A DNA stretch of 64,000 nt, from assembly GCA_005888635.1 (NCBI GenBank), contig VBAW01000019.1, forward strand, positions 18,776 to 82,775. The letters run 5' to 3'. The notes under the pieces were generated by a model that did no database searches, was not told the origin of the DNA, and worked only from the letters and a program-made list of their open reading frames with translations. The stretch comes from Candidatus Bathyarchaeota archaeon. GTDB lineage: Archaea; Thermoproteota; Bathyarchaeia; 40CM-2-53-6. Made by a program: the position numbers and the translations under genes. This document shows positions 37,448 through 47,820 of this stretch, in pieces; the stretch's first letter is position 1; the number at the start of each line of letters is the position of its first letter.

Positions 37448-39280
37448 TTGTATGAATCGCTCATAGTAATGCTGAGCGGCATCATCGTCTACGGCATCGT
37501 CTACCAGTTCTATGTGAAATGGTTCGACCGGAGCGTCGTCCAGTCCGACCCCAACCGTCCCACACCAGCCCACACCTACCTAGATGGTGTCGAGTTCTTC
37601 CCATCAAACAAGTACGTCATGCTAGGCTGGCACTGGAAGAGCATCGCCGCCCTAGGACCCGTAACCGGTCCCGCCCTAGCAATAGTCTGGGGATGGCTGC
37701 CCGGATTCCTCTGGATCCTGATCGGTAACTCGCTGCTCGGCTGGCTGCACGATTACAACTCGATGATGACATCAGTCAGGAGCGAGGGAGCCTCCCTAGG
37801 ACCCCTCACTTACCAGATAATAGGAAAACGAGCCAGGCGGGTCCTAGTAGCGTTTCTCGCCTTCTATTCCATCCTGATTTTCGCGGCATTCCTCGGCGCT
37901 CTCCTACCAATCGTCAAGAACCAGGCATTCGTAGGCGCGTCAGCAATAGTCGCGTTCATGATCATCGCTGTAATTGGCGTCGCCTCAGGATATGCAATAT
38001 TCAAGGCCAAGATCAACGTAGTTGCAGTGACGATCGCGTCACTGGTTGGAGTCGCCCTAACGGTCTATCTGAGCACCGCAGTATTCGGCTCCGCGATTGG
38101 GACAGCCTTCACAAGTGCAATCCCTGACCCGCAACTGCAGGAGGACGTGCTCCTAGCTTCAATGCTGGTCTTTAGCATACTCGGCGCGGTCCTCCCGCTC
38201 TGGAGCTTTGCAATGCCGATAAACTATCTCGGATTCTACGTCGCCTACTTCGTTGTAGGCGCGATCGTCGCTAGCTCCTTCATCGCGCCCCAGACGTTCA
38301 CCTCTCCCATGTTCACAAATTGGTTTTCGCCCGTCGCTATCGGAGCGGGAACCGGACTCATCAACAACGTCGCCTTTCCCTTGTGGCCTCTGCTGTTCGT
38401 GACGATCGCGTGCGGAGCCTGTTCTGGCTGGCACGGGCTCATCGGATCCTCCCTCTCGTCAAAACAGCTCGACACCGAATCGGACGCCCACTTCGTGGGC
38501 GGTGGCGGGATGCTTCTTGAAGGCGTCCTAGGACTCACGTCGGTCGTGGCAGTCGCTGCTCTCACGAGCAAGACCGGATGCGCAGGATCACTAGGCCTCT
38601 ACGTTTGCGGAGGCGCTCAATATCTCGGAACATTTGGAATAGGATCCCTAGTTGGGAAGGGGATCATGGCTCTGATGGTCATCATCCTCGGACTAACATT
38701 GACTCAACTGGCTTTGCGGTTTGCGAGACTCGCAATATCCGAAATGGTCAAACTGCCCGCCCTGAAGAATGTCTACGTCACATCCATCATCGTGTCCATC
38801 GTCACGTTCGTATTAACAAGCTCCCGGTTTGGAGCTCCTTGGGGATTCATCTGGACACTCTTCGGAGGGTCCAACCAACTTCTCGCGGGCGTTACGCTCC
38901 TCGTCGCAACCCTATGGCTGACAAAGTCAAGACGTAGAGGTATCTTCACTGGCATACCTGCAATATTCATGCTAGTCACCACTATTGCCGCCCTAGGCTA
39001 CACCGCCTACGCCACCCTGGACATTGCTCTCACCACGAACATCGCGACGTCTGCCACCCGTGCATACGGCAGCGCAGTTGCTGGGGTCATCGCAATCATC
39101 CTGACCGCGCTGGGACTAGTACTCTCCTACGATGGCTTCAAGGCCTACCGGGGAATAAGAAGCGGCCTAGCAAGCACACCCTCAATCTCGACAGGAATAT
39201 CGCGGGCCTCCCCCTCTGACAACAAAGAGCCGACAAAATCAGCAGCACCGAGAAGTCCCGAAGATTTCAGAACCACGTAG
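37448..39280 (+). CDS. cstA: CstA (carbon starvation protein A) family peptide/pyruvate transporter
   Basis: 610 aa and polytopic. The N-terminal HWKSIAALGPVTGPALAIVWGWLPGFLWILIGNSLLGWLHDY matches the CstA N-terminal signature. Confidence 0.8.
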   Translation: MYESLIVMLSGIIVYGIVYQFYVKWFDRSVVQSDPNRPTPAHTYLDGVEFFPSNKYVMLGWHWKSIAALGPVTGPALAIVWGWLPGFLWILIGNSLLGWLHDYNSMMTSVRSEGASLGPLTYQIIGKRARRVLVAFLAFYSILIFAAFLGALLPIVKNQAFVGASAIVAFMIIAVIGVASGYAIFKAKINVVAVTIASLVGVALTVYLSTAVFGSAIGTAFTSAIPDPQLQEDVLLASMLVFSILGAVLPLWSFAMPINYLGFYVAYFVVGAIVASSFIAPQTFTSPMFTNWFSPVAIGAGTGLINNVAFPLWPLLFVTIACGACSGWHGLIGSSLSSKQLDTESDAHFVGGGGMLLEGVLGLTSVVAVAALTSKTGCAGSLGLYVCGGAQYLGTFGIGSLVGKGIMALMVIILGLTLTQLALRFARLAISEMVKLPALKNVYVTSIIVSIVTFVLTSSRFGAPWGFIWTLFGGSNQLLAGVTLLVATLWLTKSRRRGIFTGIPAIFMLVTTIAALGYTAYATLDIALTTNIATSATRAYGSAVAGVIAIILTALGLVLSYDGFKAYRGIRSGLASTPSISTGISRASPSDNKEPTKSAAPRSPEDFRTT

Positions 39281-39331
39281 AAAGATCTGTTTTTCTAGAC
39301 CAAGGACGAACTAGATTCCCAGTCGGTACTC

Positions 39332-39970
39332 ATGGCTTTAACTGACGTCGAGATCGTCGCAATCCTAGCAGTCGCCCTCATCATCACCTACTTTATCGGA
39401 ACATACTGGAAGCACAGGATCCTCAAACGATATGCCCATTGGTTCGAAGACAAATTCTCCCGGACGGCTAAAGTTCGTTACAAATCGTTTGGACATGCGG
39501 GCCTCAGAATAAAGTGTGAAATGAACAATCCATCCGACGGGTACAAAGAGCTAGAATTCGCCCTCTCACTCGGTGCGAGAGAGAATCTAGTCTACTATCC
39601 GTACAAACTGGTCGCGAGGGACTCTGACAAACTAAACTGCTGGGCTACCCTGACTGACCCAGTCAAGTTCCAAGTTGAGATCACGAGGCAGAGAAAGAAA
39701 GCGAAACTCACCTGGGAGACAGCCGGCACTGAGGAAGTCAAGATCCCCCAACTCAGCGAGTTGGGCTACAAGGTCTATTCAAAGGGCCCAGATTTTGCGA
39801 ACCGACTCGTCGAGAGGAGCGGCGTAGTCGCCAAACTCAAAGACCTAGACACTGTTGATTCTCTGGAGCTTGAGGAGGAACCGTCGAGGCTCCACCTCGT
39901 AGCGAGTCTGAGCATGGACGATCTGCCTAAGCTGATCGACCTTATCTCTCTGGTCGGAAGATCTGTCTAA
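39332..39970 (+). CDS. Hypothetical protein with N-terminal TM helix
   Basis: 212-aa ORF. Confidence 0.45.
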   Translation: MALTDVEIVAILAVALIITYFIGTYWKHRILKRYAHWFEDKFSRTAKVRYKSFGHAGLRIKCEMNNPSDGYKELEFALSLGARENLVYYPYKLVARDSDKLNCWATLTDPVKFQVEITRQRKKAKLTWETAGTEEVKIPQLSELGYKVYSKGPDFANRLVERSGVVAKLKDLDTVDSLELEEEPSRLHLVASLSMDDLPKLIDLISLVGRSV

Positions 39971-40377
39971 CGAGAAACCCGGGTCGACGCCAACGGGCCG
40001 GAACGCTCCAAGGTTTCCAATATCTTCGCTCTCAGCTCCTCGTAGCTCGGAAATCTGCTGAAGACCTTACTCCCATGAATCAACACGCACGGAGTCCTCA
40101 GGATTCGATGCCTTATCGACAACCACACACCCTGAGGGGATGCCGAGTCCACGGGATCCAACAGCACCAAATCACCGAACTCTGCCTTGAGCTTCTGCGC
40201 GATCTCTGAGAGCTGGAAATACTGTTTCTTGACATCCTCCGGATAGTCTTCCAGCTGTTCCGAGTAGGGAGACATGCCTGTCGCGTGCATGACCTGCATG
40301 CAGTGTTGACAGTGGGCGAATAGTGTTGGCATGATGCCGACAAAAGTAACTGTCAGTGGACGACCCGTCTTTGGCAA
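39967..40377 (-). CDS. Thioredoxin-fold protein with CxxC motif
   Basis: PTLFAHCQHCMQV (CQHC) sits in a thioredoxin-like beta-alpha-beta context. Confidence 0.45.
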   Translation of the reverse strand: MPKTGRPLTVTFVGIMPTLFAHCQHCMQVMHATGMSPYSEQLEDYPEDVKKQYFQLSEIAQKLKAEFGDLVLLDPVDSASPQGVWLSIRHRILRTPCVLIHGSKVFSRFPSYEELRAKILETLERSGPLASTRVSR

Positions 40378-40659
40378 CGAGACACCCGCTACCGCACTAA
40401 TGTATTCTTCATCCGAGCATATAAGTGCTCATTACAAACCTGTTCTAGCCCCCAGAGACCAGGACCGGGCAAAGGCCTCTGACATCTTCCCGGACCCAGC
40501 AGAAGCATGCACAGCGGACGTTTTTCCCCGCCGCTACGCGCTTCGAGAATTCTGCAAGCCTACGGGCGGACATTCTATTCCCAAATTGCCGCTTCGGTAC
40601 CAGCCTAAGTCATTGCAAACATCTGGACTTGCGTGAGATGTCTAATTTGATCATGTTCT

Positions 40660-40795
40660 AAGCTGTTTGCTAGGTCTTGTTCCATTCGTCAGGGGTTGGC
40701 GAGTAACTGTTCGCGCCAGTCGCTCCGCTGACCCGACATCTGTAGGGTTGAGCTATGGTTCAGCTATTGCTCAGAAACGAGAACGAAAACTGGTG
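40660..40795 (+). repeat. Island repeat copy F
   Basis: CTTGTTCCATTCGTCAGGGGTTGGCGAGTAACTGTTCGCGCCAGTCGCTCCGCTGACCCGACATCTGTAGGGTTGAGCTATGG...CAGAAACGAGAACGAAAAC. Confidence 0.85.
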
Positions 40796-41021
40796 TCAAG
40801 GAGCATAAGACATATCCACGCAGAGTTCTACGAGGTGAATAGTGTTCGTGATGTTCGGGTTGTTAACAATCTGACACACGGAACACTAAGCTAGGCGTCT
40901 TCTCTCGTTCATCCTCAACAAACTCTCCCGACTAAGGACAAAGGCCGCCATTAACGAGACCCTGAGGGCTTCCAGACCAGAAGAACGCTCTTGTGCAAGA
41001 CCTGACTCGCGCGTCCCCTGA

Positions 41022-41273
41022 CTAGTCTTCAGAGCTTCTACCATGCTGCCGACGGTAGACCCCTAGGTAGATGAGAATCCCAAGTCCGAAGAGTCCGATG
41101 AGCTCTCCCGTAAAGAACAGAGCCAGAAACAGAATGATTGCTACGCCGTTGAAGTTTGAACCTGCCTGATAAGGATAGAATCCAGCAAAGGCCCCGACAG
41201 ACATGACCAAGCCCAGAACGCACGCTCCGACTCCCGCAAGGCCAAGTCTTGACCTGCCACTCATGAAGAACAT
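41022..41273 (-). CDS. Small membrane protein
   Basis: 83 aa with two hydrophobic helices. Confidence 0.35.
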   Translation of the reverse strand: MFFMSGRSRLGLAGVGACVLGLVMSVGAFAGFYPYQAGSNFNGVAIILFLALFFTGELIGLFGLGILIYLGVYRRQHGRSSED

Positions 41274-41930
41274 TCACGATTGAAGTAATAGTGACCAATC
41301 CGACATTCAAGTCTATCCATAAGCGGAGACTCTAAGCAAACGATGCGGATTGGACTAGCGGACGTATCGGTTTCTGGAGGATAGTCTGGCTATTGCTTCT
41401 TGTTTGGCCTCTGCCAGGACACTGTCAAGGATCTTCTGTGCGTTGCGAATCTTGGCGGATTTGAGGTGGAAGACTATTGTAGCATCGTCGAAATGAAGTC
41501 GAAGCATCTGACGCACCAAGTCTCGGACTATCTCGCTCAATCCTTGCCAGCATAGATTTTTCCAGGTTTTGATGCTTCAACCTGTCGTTACCTTCGAGGC
41601 TGATTATGCAGATCAGCCTGAGGGTGCCAAGGAAGTCGCCTGGAAAACGCCTGAGGATCCGGGCCGATGATAAAATCCGCTTGACGGCAGAGAGATGCGA
41701 ACGGGGATTTTGATGGGTCCCTGTTAAGATCCAGCTAGCAACAGAGCATCAAGAAAAACAAGGTATGTAGGCCAGTCTCGCGACGCAGAACTGCCCTTCC
41801 TAGAACTCCTAGGTTCTTGGCATGGCGTGGATCCAGTATCAGTCGCCATTGACAACTCCATGTTTAGCGCTTCACGTGTCTTGAGGTGATTTCCGAATGA
41901 ATTGTTCGTGGAAACCCCCCCAAATCGACC

Positions 41931-42374
41931 TCAGAGGCTTGCTCCGCAGTTGGGACACTTCGCGGTCCCGCCTGGTAGGGCGGTGCCACAGTTCGCACAG
42001 AACTTTCTCATTGCCGGAGCCACTAGTGTCGGCTGCGAACCCATTGACTGGGATCCCGTCGAAGATGATCCTCTATTGTACTGTCCAGATTTTTCCAGCT
42101 GCGAGAGCGCCCCATCCACAGCCACTTTGACAATGGTCGCGTAGAGCCCAATGACTGCGATAAAGATGATGAGGAAGATTCCAAGAAACGACGCCGCGAG
42201 AAATCCCGTGATGAATCCGGTAGGGTTGGAGGTCACGGCAGTCGGATTAGAGACTAAGCTAGAAAGAGATCCGCCGATAACAAGTACGCCGACTATTCCG
42301 GCGACGATTGCCCAGACGATGCTCCAGAGAAGCACGACGAATCCTCTGCCGAACGCAAAACCCCAGCCGACCAT
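41931..42374 (-). CDS. Membrane protein with C-terminal zinc ribbon
   Basis: Three TM helices, then CANCGTALPGGTAKCPNCG. Confidence 0.5.
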   Translation of the reverse strand: MVGWGFAFGRGFVVLLWSIVWAIVAGIVGVLVIGGSLSSLVSNPTAVTSNPTGFITGFLAASFLGIFLIIFIAVIGLYATIVKVAVDGALSQLEKSGQYNRGSSSTGSQSMGSQPTLVAPAMRKFCANCGTALPGGTAKCPNCGASL

Positions 42375-42494
42375 GAATCACTCTCCAAGCTCCTGCGGAT
42401 ATTTGAGCTTACGAGAACTCTGAGACACGAGATACCGGACTGGCGGGAGGTAGGAATCCTTTATTCATGACCTGACCTTTTCATCCGCGAAAGG

Positions 42495-42722
42495 TTGAAA
42501 ACGACCACGACTGATGTTGAGTACAGGGCACCGCCCTCTCGCCGGAATAACAGGTTCCGAAGAATGAGCCCCGAGGAGCGCGTCAACATTGGGCTGGAGC
42601 TGTCCAGCTCGATCACCAGCATAACCATGGAGTCCATCAAGAACCGTTACCCGCACATCTCGACTTCCCGATTATTGGAAAAGGCGAGAAAGCGGTTCCA
42701 GGCGGGACGTCGAACCCACTGA
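42495..42722 (+). CDS. Small hypothetical protein preceding the NTase-fold gene
   Basis: 75-aa ORF that ends where the open frame of the next gene is already running. Confidence 0.3.
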   Translation: MKTTTTDVEYRAPPSRRNNRFRRMSPEERVNIGLELSSSITSITMESIKNRYPHISTSRLLEKARKRFQAGRRTH

Positions 42723-42901
42723 AACCCCGTAGTTTCCAAGAATTCGTTCAAGCCCTCATCGAGCATTTCAACCGTGAAAAAACTGGCTACGCAATCACTG
42801 GAGCCGTAGCTGCAAGCTACTACGGCATACCACGCACAACTCTCGACGCCGACTTCGTAGTTTACATTTCCCCACAAGAAACGAACAGGTTCTTCCGTGG
42901 A

Positions 42902-43291
42902 ATGAAAGAGGCTGGTGTCAAGGCAGACATACAGAAAATTCGTCGACTACTAAAATCTGGATACAATGTCATCACCGTCGCAGATAGACTCTCACCATTC
43001 ACTGCTGATCTAATCTTGGTCGAGAGTCCTCCGGAGAGAAGGAAGGGGATAGTACAGGGAGTCAAGACTTACTTCCAGGTTCCCGAGTCGTTGATCCTCG
43101 GCAAGCTCAGAATGAGTAAAGCGACCATTCCTAGAGAGAGGAGTCAGAAGGACATGGATGACATTAGAGCAATTCTCGCAAACACTAGAGTCAACAAGCG
43201 AAAGATCACCGACCAGGCGAGAAAAGATGGCACAATCGAGATCTTTAGCGAAATCCTTCAATCGATGAAAACCCGCAAGAACCGTCAGTAA
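42902..43291 (+). CDS. Nucleotidyltransferase-fold protein (AbiEii/MNT-like). The frame is open from 42551 with no canonical start before 42902
   Basis: The in-frame upstream translation includes GAVAASYYGIPRTTLDADFVVYIS, an NTase G[GS]...DxD-like motif. This motif lies before the annotated Met. Confidence 0.4.
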   Translation: MKEAGVKADIQKIRRLLKSGYNVITVADRLSPFTADLILVESPPERRKGIVQGVKTYFQVPESLILGKLRMSKATIPRERSQKDMDDIRAILANTRVNKRKITDQARKDGTIEIFSEILQSMKTRKNRQ

Positions 43292-43354
43292 GTTCGTCTT
43301 CTTGGCGGCTTTTCTTTCTTCGACTCCAGACCAATGGGTAAGCAATAATCATAA

Positions 43355-44251
<897 letters not shown>

Positions 44252-44294
44252 AACCAGAGGCAACAATCCAGCATCATACTACCGTTCGTTCAAT

Positions 44295-44687
44295 TCAGGG
44301 AACTGGCACCAGATCCGGCTCAACCCAGCCTGCACGAGCCCGGTCCGAGTTGAAAGTCTCTGCTCGCCAGTGCCGATAAGGAAGACTCTTGTCGAGCAAG
44401 TATGGAAATCTAGCCGTTAGATCGTCAATGCTCAGAGCTTCTGGCGCATTCTCGGTCGCGTGACCCATGACGCGTACCCAGAAACGCGTCAGGGTATCAT
44501 CATACCTGTTCGAAGCTCCATTCGCGACAGCAAACCGCCGAATTTCGCGAGCAACCATACTCTCAGCCTCGATCCTCGAATGTTTGGAGAGAACGAGCCA
44601 AGCAAGGCGAAGATGACCCCTGTGACGAAACTCTTCTCCTGAAAGGTTTCCGTCGTGGAAGAGGCGGAGAAACTCGCCATCATCCAT
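44295..44687 (-). CDS. Hypothetical protein
   Basis: 130-aa ORF. Confidence 0.35.
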   Translation of the reverse strand: MDDGEFLRLFHDGNLSGEEFRHRGHLRLAWLVLSKHSRIEAESMVAREIRRFAVANGASNRYDDTLTRFWVRVMGHATENAPEALSIDDLTARFPYLLDKSLPYRHWRAETFNSDRARAGWVEPDLVPVP

Positions 44688-44790
44688 TGAGTATCACCCC
44701 ATGAATATCGTTTTGGAGCATTAAACCGTTCATTGGACCTGGTCCAGAAGCCCTGTCATTTTCGGCTGGAGAGAACTGGGCATCTGTCTC

Positions 44791-45306
44791 TCAGGGATAG
44801 GTCTGAATGACACTGTCCAGATTGAGAAGGTTGATCGCTAAGAGTGTGAAATCGTTGCTCAGATTCTGTAGAGTAAATGAGGTCAGCGGACCCGTATAGT
44901 CGTTTGCGAGTTTGAGGTAGTAGAGGCAGATCGTCTGGTAGAGGCTCGTAAAGTTCGAGTTGCCAGTATTCATCTTGATCAACTGGAAGTCTCCTTTGGC
45001 CGTGGGGTTGCAGAGGGTCAGATTCTGGCCGAAGACAGTCAAGGAAGCGTTCGCTGATTTGAACACTGAGTAGAGAGAGTTGAAGCCCGCACCGGGCGAT
45101 TTTACAGACTTGTTCTGTGAATCAACGGCCAGCTTGCTAAGCACTAGTTGGAGATAGCCGTAGTAGTTGAGCTCGGTGCTATTGATGCTCTCCTGAATCT
45201 TGTTGTAGTCAGAGTTCCCATCAGAGTACCCGGTGGAGTAGCCTGAAGCATACCCGCCAGTCTGGCCCAGACTATAACCTGCAACCCCGGCGACTATGAC
45301 CGCCAA
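44791..45306 (-). CDS. Hypothetical secreted protein
   Basis: 171 aa with an N-terminal hydrophobic segment; Asn/Ser/Tyr-rich. Confidence 0.4.
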   Translation of the reverse strand: MAVIVAGVAGYSLGQTGGYASGYSTGYSDGNSDYNKIQESINSTELNYYGYLQLVLSKLAVDSQNKSVKSPGAGFNSLYSVFKSANASLTVFGQNLTLCNPTAKGDFQLIKMNTGNSNFTSLYQTICLYYLKLANDYTGPLTSFTLQNLSNDFTLLAINLLNLDSVIQTYP

Positions 45307-45501
45307 GACGACCAGGACCCCGTCAAAGTCCGATTTCTGACGAGACGTCTGAGGCTCGCCTCACTAGCCGACCCGTGTAGAGGATTAGACATGCCCTCCG
45401 CTTGCTAAGTGACCTTAACGAGGTTTCGCTCCGGCCCAAACTGATCGCTTGTGAGGAGAAACCGCGAAGCTTGACATACCTCCCAAGAGCTAGGCTGCGA
45501 T

Positions 45502-46500
45502 ATGAGTGAGCAGAGGACTCTCTCCCTTGGGTTCAGGGAGTTTCGTTCCAGCAGCTATGAAAGGCTGGTTGAGATCTATAATGCGAATTATCCTGACTAT
45601 CGCATTAGTATAGCGGAACGTCGTAGCCGTGACGAGAGCGTGGACCGGACAAAGTATCTCCTGAAACGGTTCGAATGTGTCGATCTTGAACGGGACCGGA
45701 TTGTCGGCTTCGGGGAACTGATCAATGTGCCTGACATGTATCATCCAAGAAAATTCATGGCCGGCATCCTTGTAGACCCTGAACAGCAATGTAGAGGCGT
45801 TGGGCGAGCAATCTACACCCGAGTCGAAGAGGAACTTTCTAGTCGAAACGCTATTCTCGCCTGGACAATGGCCAAAGAAGATCTTCCTAGACGAATAGAA
45901 TTCTTCAAGAGAAGAGGATTCTCTGAAAGAACGAGGAACTGGGAGTCTCGCCTAGACCTGTCAACGGCTGACACTACGCCTTTCCATGGATACATCGAGA
46001 AGGCTCTGAAGGATGGAATAACGTTCACAACACTTGCCGAAGAGCAGAGTCACGGTCAAGACTCGCTGAGGAAGATCCACGAACTCGTCCAACTGATCCA
46101 GGCAGACATGCCTCGCGAAGCGGATTTCACGCCTCTGAGTTACAAGGACTGGGATACCTATTCGCTCAAGAACCCTCAGCTCCTCCCTGACGGCTACTTT
46201 CTAGCCAAGGACGGTTCCAACTTTGTGGGAATGAGTGATGTGCATCGGATCGATTCGGAGCACGGTGTCCTGAATCAGGACGATACTGGAGTCATACGCG
46301 AGTATCGAGGCAGGGGCATAGCCACTTCCCTGAAGCTCAAAGTCATCGATTTTGGGAAGAAGAACGGGTACGGGACCATAAAGACGTGGAACGATTCTGG
46401 CAACGCTTCGATGCTGGCTATCAATAACAAGCTCGGATTCAGACGACAGGTGGGATGGATCTTGATGGAGAAGGTTCTCCGTTCAGAACCCAGCCCGTGA
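45502..46500 (+). CDS. Tandem GNAT-domain N-acetyltransferase
   Basis: Two acetyl-CoA binding motifs are present (QQCRGVGRAIY; YRGRGIATSLK). Confidence 0.75.
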   Translation: MSEQRTLSLGFREFRSSSYERLVEIYNANYPDYRISIAERRSRDESVDRTKYLLKRFECVDLERDRIVGFGELINVPDMYHPRKFMAGILVDPEQQCRGVGRAIYTRVEEELSSRNAILAWTMAKEDLPRRIEFFKRRGFSERTRNWESRLDLSTADTTPFHGYIEKALKDGITFTTLAEEQSHGQDSLRKIHELVQLIQADMPREADFTPLSYKDWDTYSLKNPQLLPDGYFLAKDGSNFVGMSDVHRIDSEHGVLNQDDTGVIREYRGRGIATSLKLKVIDFGKKNGYGTIKTWNDSGNASMLAINNKLGFRRQVGWILMEKVLRSEPSP

Positions 46501-46773
46501 CGGAAACCTCTGGGCAGACCTAGACTTTCGCAAGTCGGCCTCTCGTTCCCGGTTCTTCGGCTTCGCGCTCGTCTCAAGTGAATGTAGAAAACGTCCTGAA
46601 GCCTGAGCTATTTCTTCTATAGCCGCTGTGAATGAACGCTCGTTTGCTTTCGAAGGTTGGTTGAAGCCGCTGATCTTCCGAACAAACTGCAGCGAAGCAG
46701 CCCGAATCTCCTCGTCGGTGGCAGGCGGATCGAAGTTGAATAGGGGTCGAATATTTCTACACATTCCCAACAC
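46483..46773 (-). CDS. DUF2277-like protein
   Basis: NIRPLFNFDPPATDEEIRAASLQFVRKISGFNQPSKANE fits the conserved DUF2277 N-terminus. Confidence 0.5.
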   Translation of the reverse strand: MLGMCRNIRPLFNFDPPATDEEIRAASLQFVRKISGFNQPSKANERSFTAAIEEIAQASGRFLHSLETSAKPKNREREADLRKSRSAQRFPSRAGF

Positions 46774-46877
46774 TTCAGAGTGCTCAAGGGTCTATACGGA
46801 ATCTATTATAGAAAGACTCCACTCCATAGAAACAGAGGACAGAGCACCCGCACCCAGCTAAAAATAGGGTCGACAAT

Positions 46878-47261
46878 TTGACCAAGATCGTAGTCGACGA
46901 TCTCGACAGCGACGAAGTCTCCTCCTTAGTGGAATACATGACAGCCATGTCGAGCGGCCAGATGGTTCAGCACAAGAAGGTAATCGAAGTCAATGGACTG
47001 ACGAACAAGAAGATCAAGTTCCTCCTCCACAAATTCCTCTACACAAGACACCTAGCAGGTTACGGCGTCCTCGACACAGCGGGAAACTTTGAGATAGTGC
47101 ATCTCAAACCTGAAGAGAAGCATACCGAGCAGCACGAGACCCTGAGCCCAACCATGGACGTCAGATTACCAGTGGTCATTCCACATTGGGTCCAGCCGTC
47201 TGACATGATTGAATGGGAAGGAGAACCACCACCAAAGAAAATGCGATACAAGAAAGAGTAG
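46878..47261 (+). CDS. Hypothetical protein
   Basis: 127-aa ORF. Confidence 0.35.
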   Translation: MTKIVVDDLDSDEVSSLVEYMTAMSSGQMVQHKKVIEVNGLTNKKIKFLLHKFLYTRHLAGYGVLDTAGNFEIVHLKPEEKHTEQHETLSPTMDVRLPVVIPHWVQPSDMIEWEGEPPPKKMRYKKE

Positions 47262-47361
47262 TGAATTACGTTCCTGAGCATCTCGAAACTGTCAACGCGT
47301 TAACTAGTCTTCGGGGCGAGTATGCATCGCATGGCGAACAGAGCAATGGCAAGCGTTCGCA

Positions 47362-47766
47362 TTGCCCGTCATTGGAGCAGCGTACCGGATGATGCCACTC
47401 TACGTGGCGGTGTTGGTAGATCGTAGCACGACTCCGTTCTACTACACAATTAGCTTCCAGTCTCTGTTTCTCAGCAGTTTTGTAGTTGTCTGGAGTGCTA
47501 GTCACATTCTGGAGGACTGGAAAGGCCGGATAACGTGGCCATCGATAACACTCGGAGTAGGAGTCGCAAACCTGTCAACCGTTCTCATTGCGTATTACGT
47601 CCAGATCACGCCGGTACCAATCTCCTCTACGACACCGTCGTCCCTTCCAGCGATTCTAGCGCTGATCTCCGGACCGATACTCAGCATAATTGGAGGCATT
47701 CTCGGCTTCTCGGCCGTGCTGCAATACTCGCGAGAACACGGCCACGCAATAATAGCGCGCGCCTGA
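47362..47766 (+). CDS. Membrane protein
   Basis: 134 aa with four hydrophobic helices. Confidence 0.4.
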   Translation: MPVIGAAYRMMPLYVAVLVDRSTTPFYYTISFQSLFLSSFVVVWSASHILEDWKGRITWPSITLGVGVANLSTVLIAYYVQITPVPISSTTPSSLPAILALISGPILSIIGGILGFSAVLQYSREHGHAIIARA

Positions 47767-47820
47767 CCCGTAGGACAATTATCTTGAGAACGCTGTCCAG
47801 GAACGATAGCCGCACAACCG

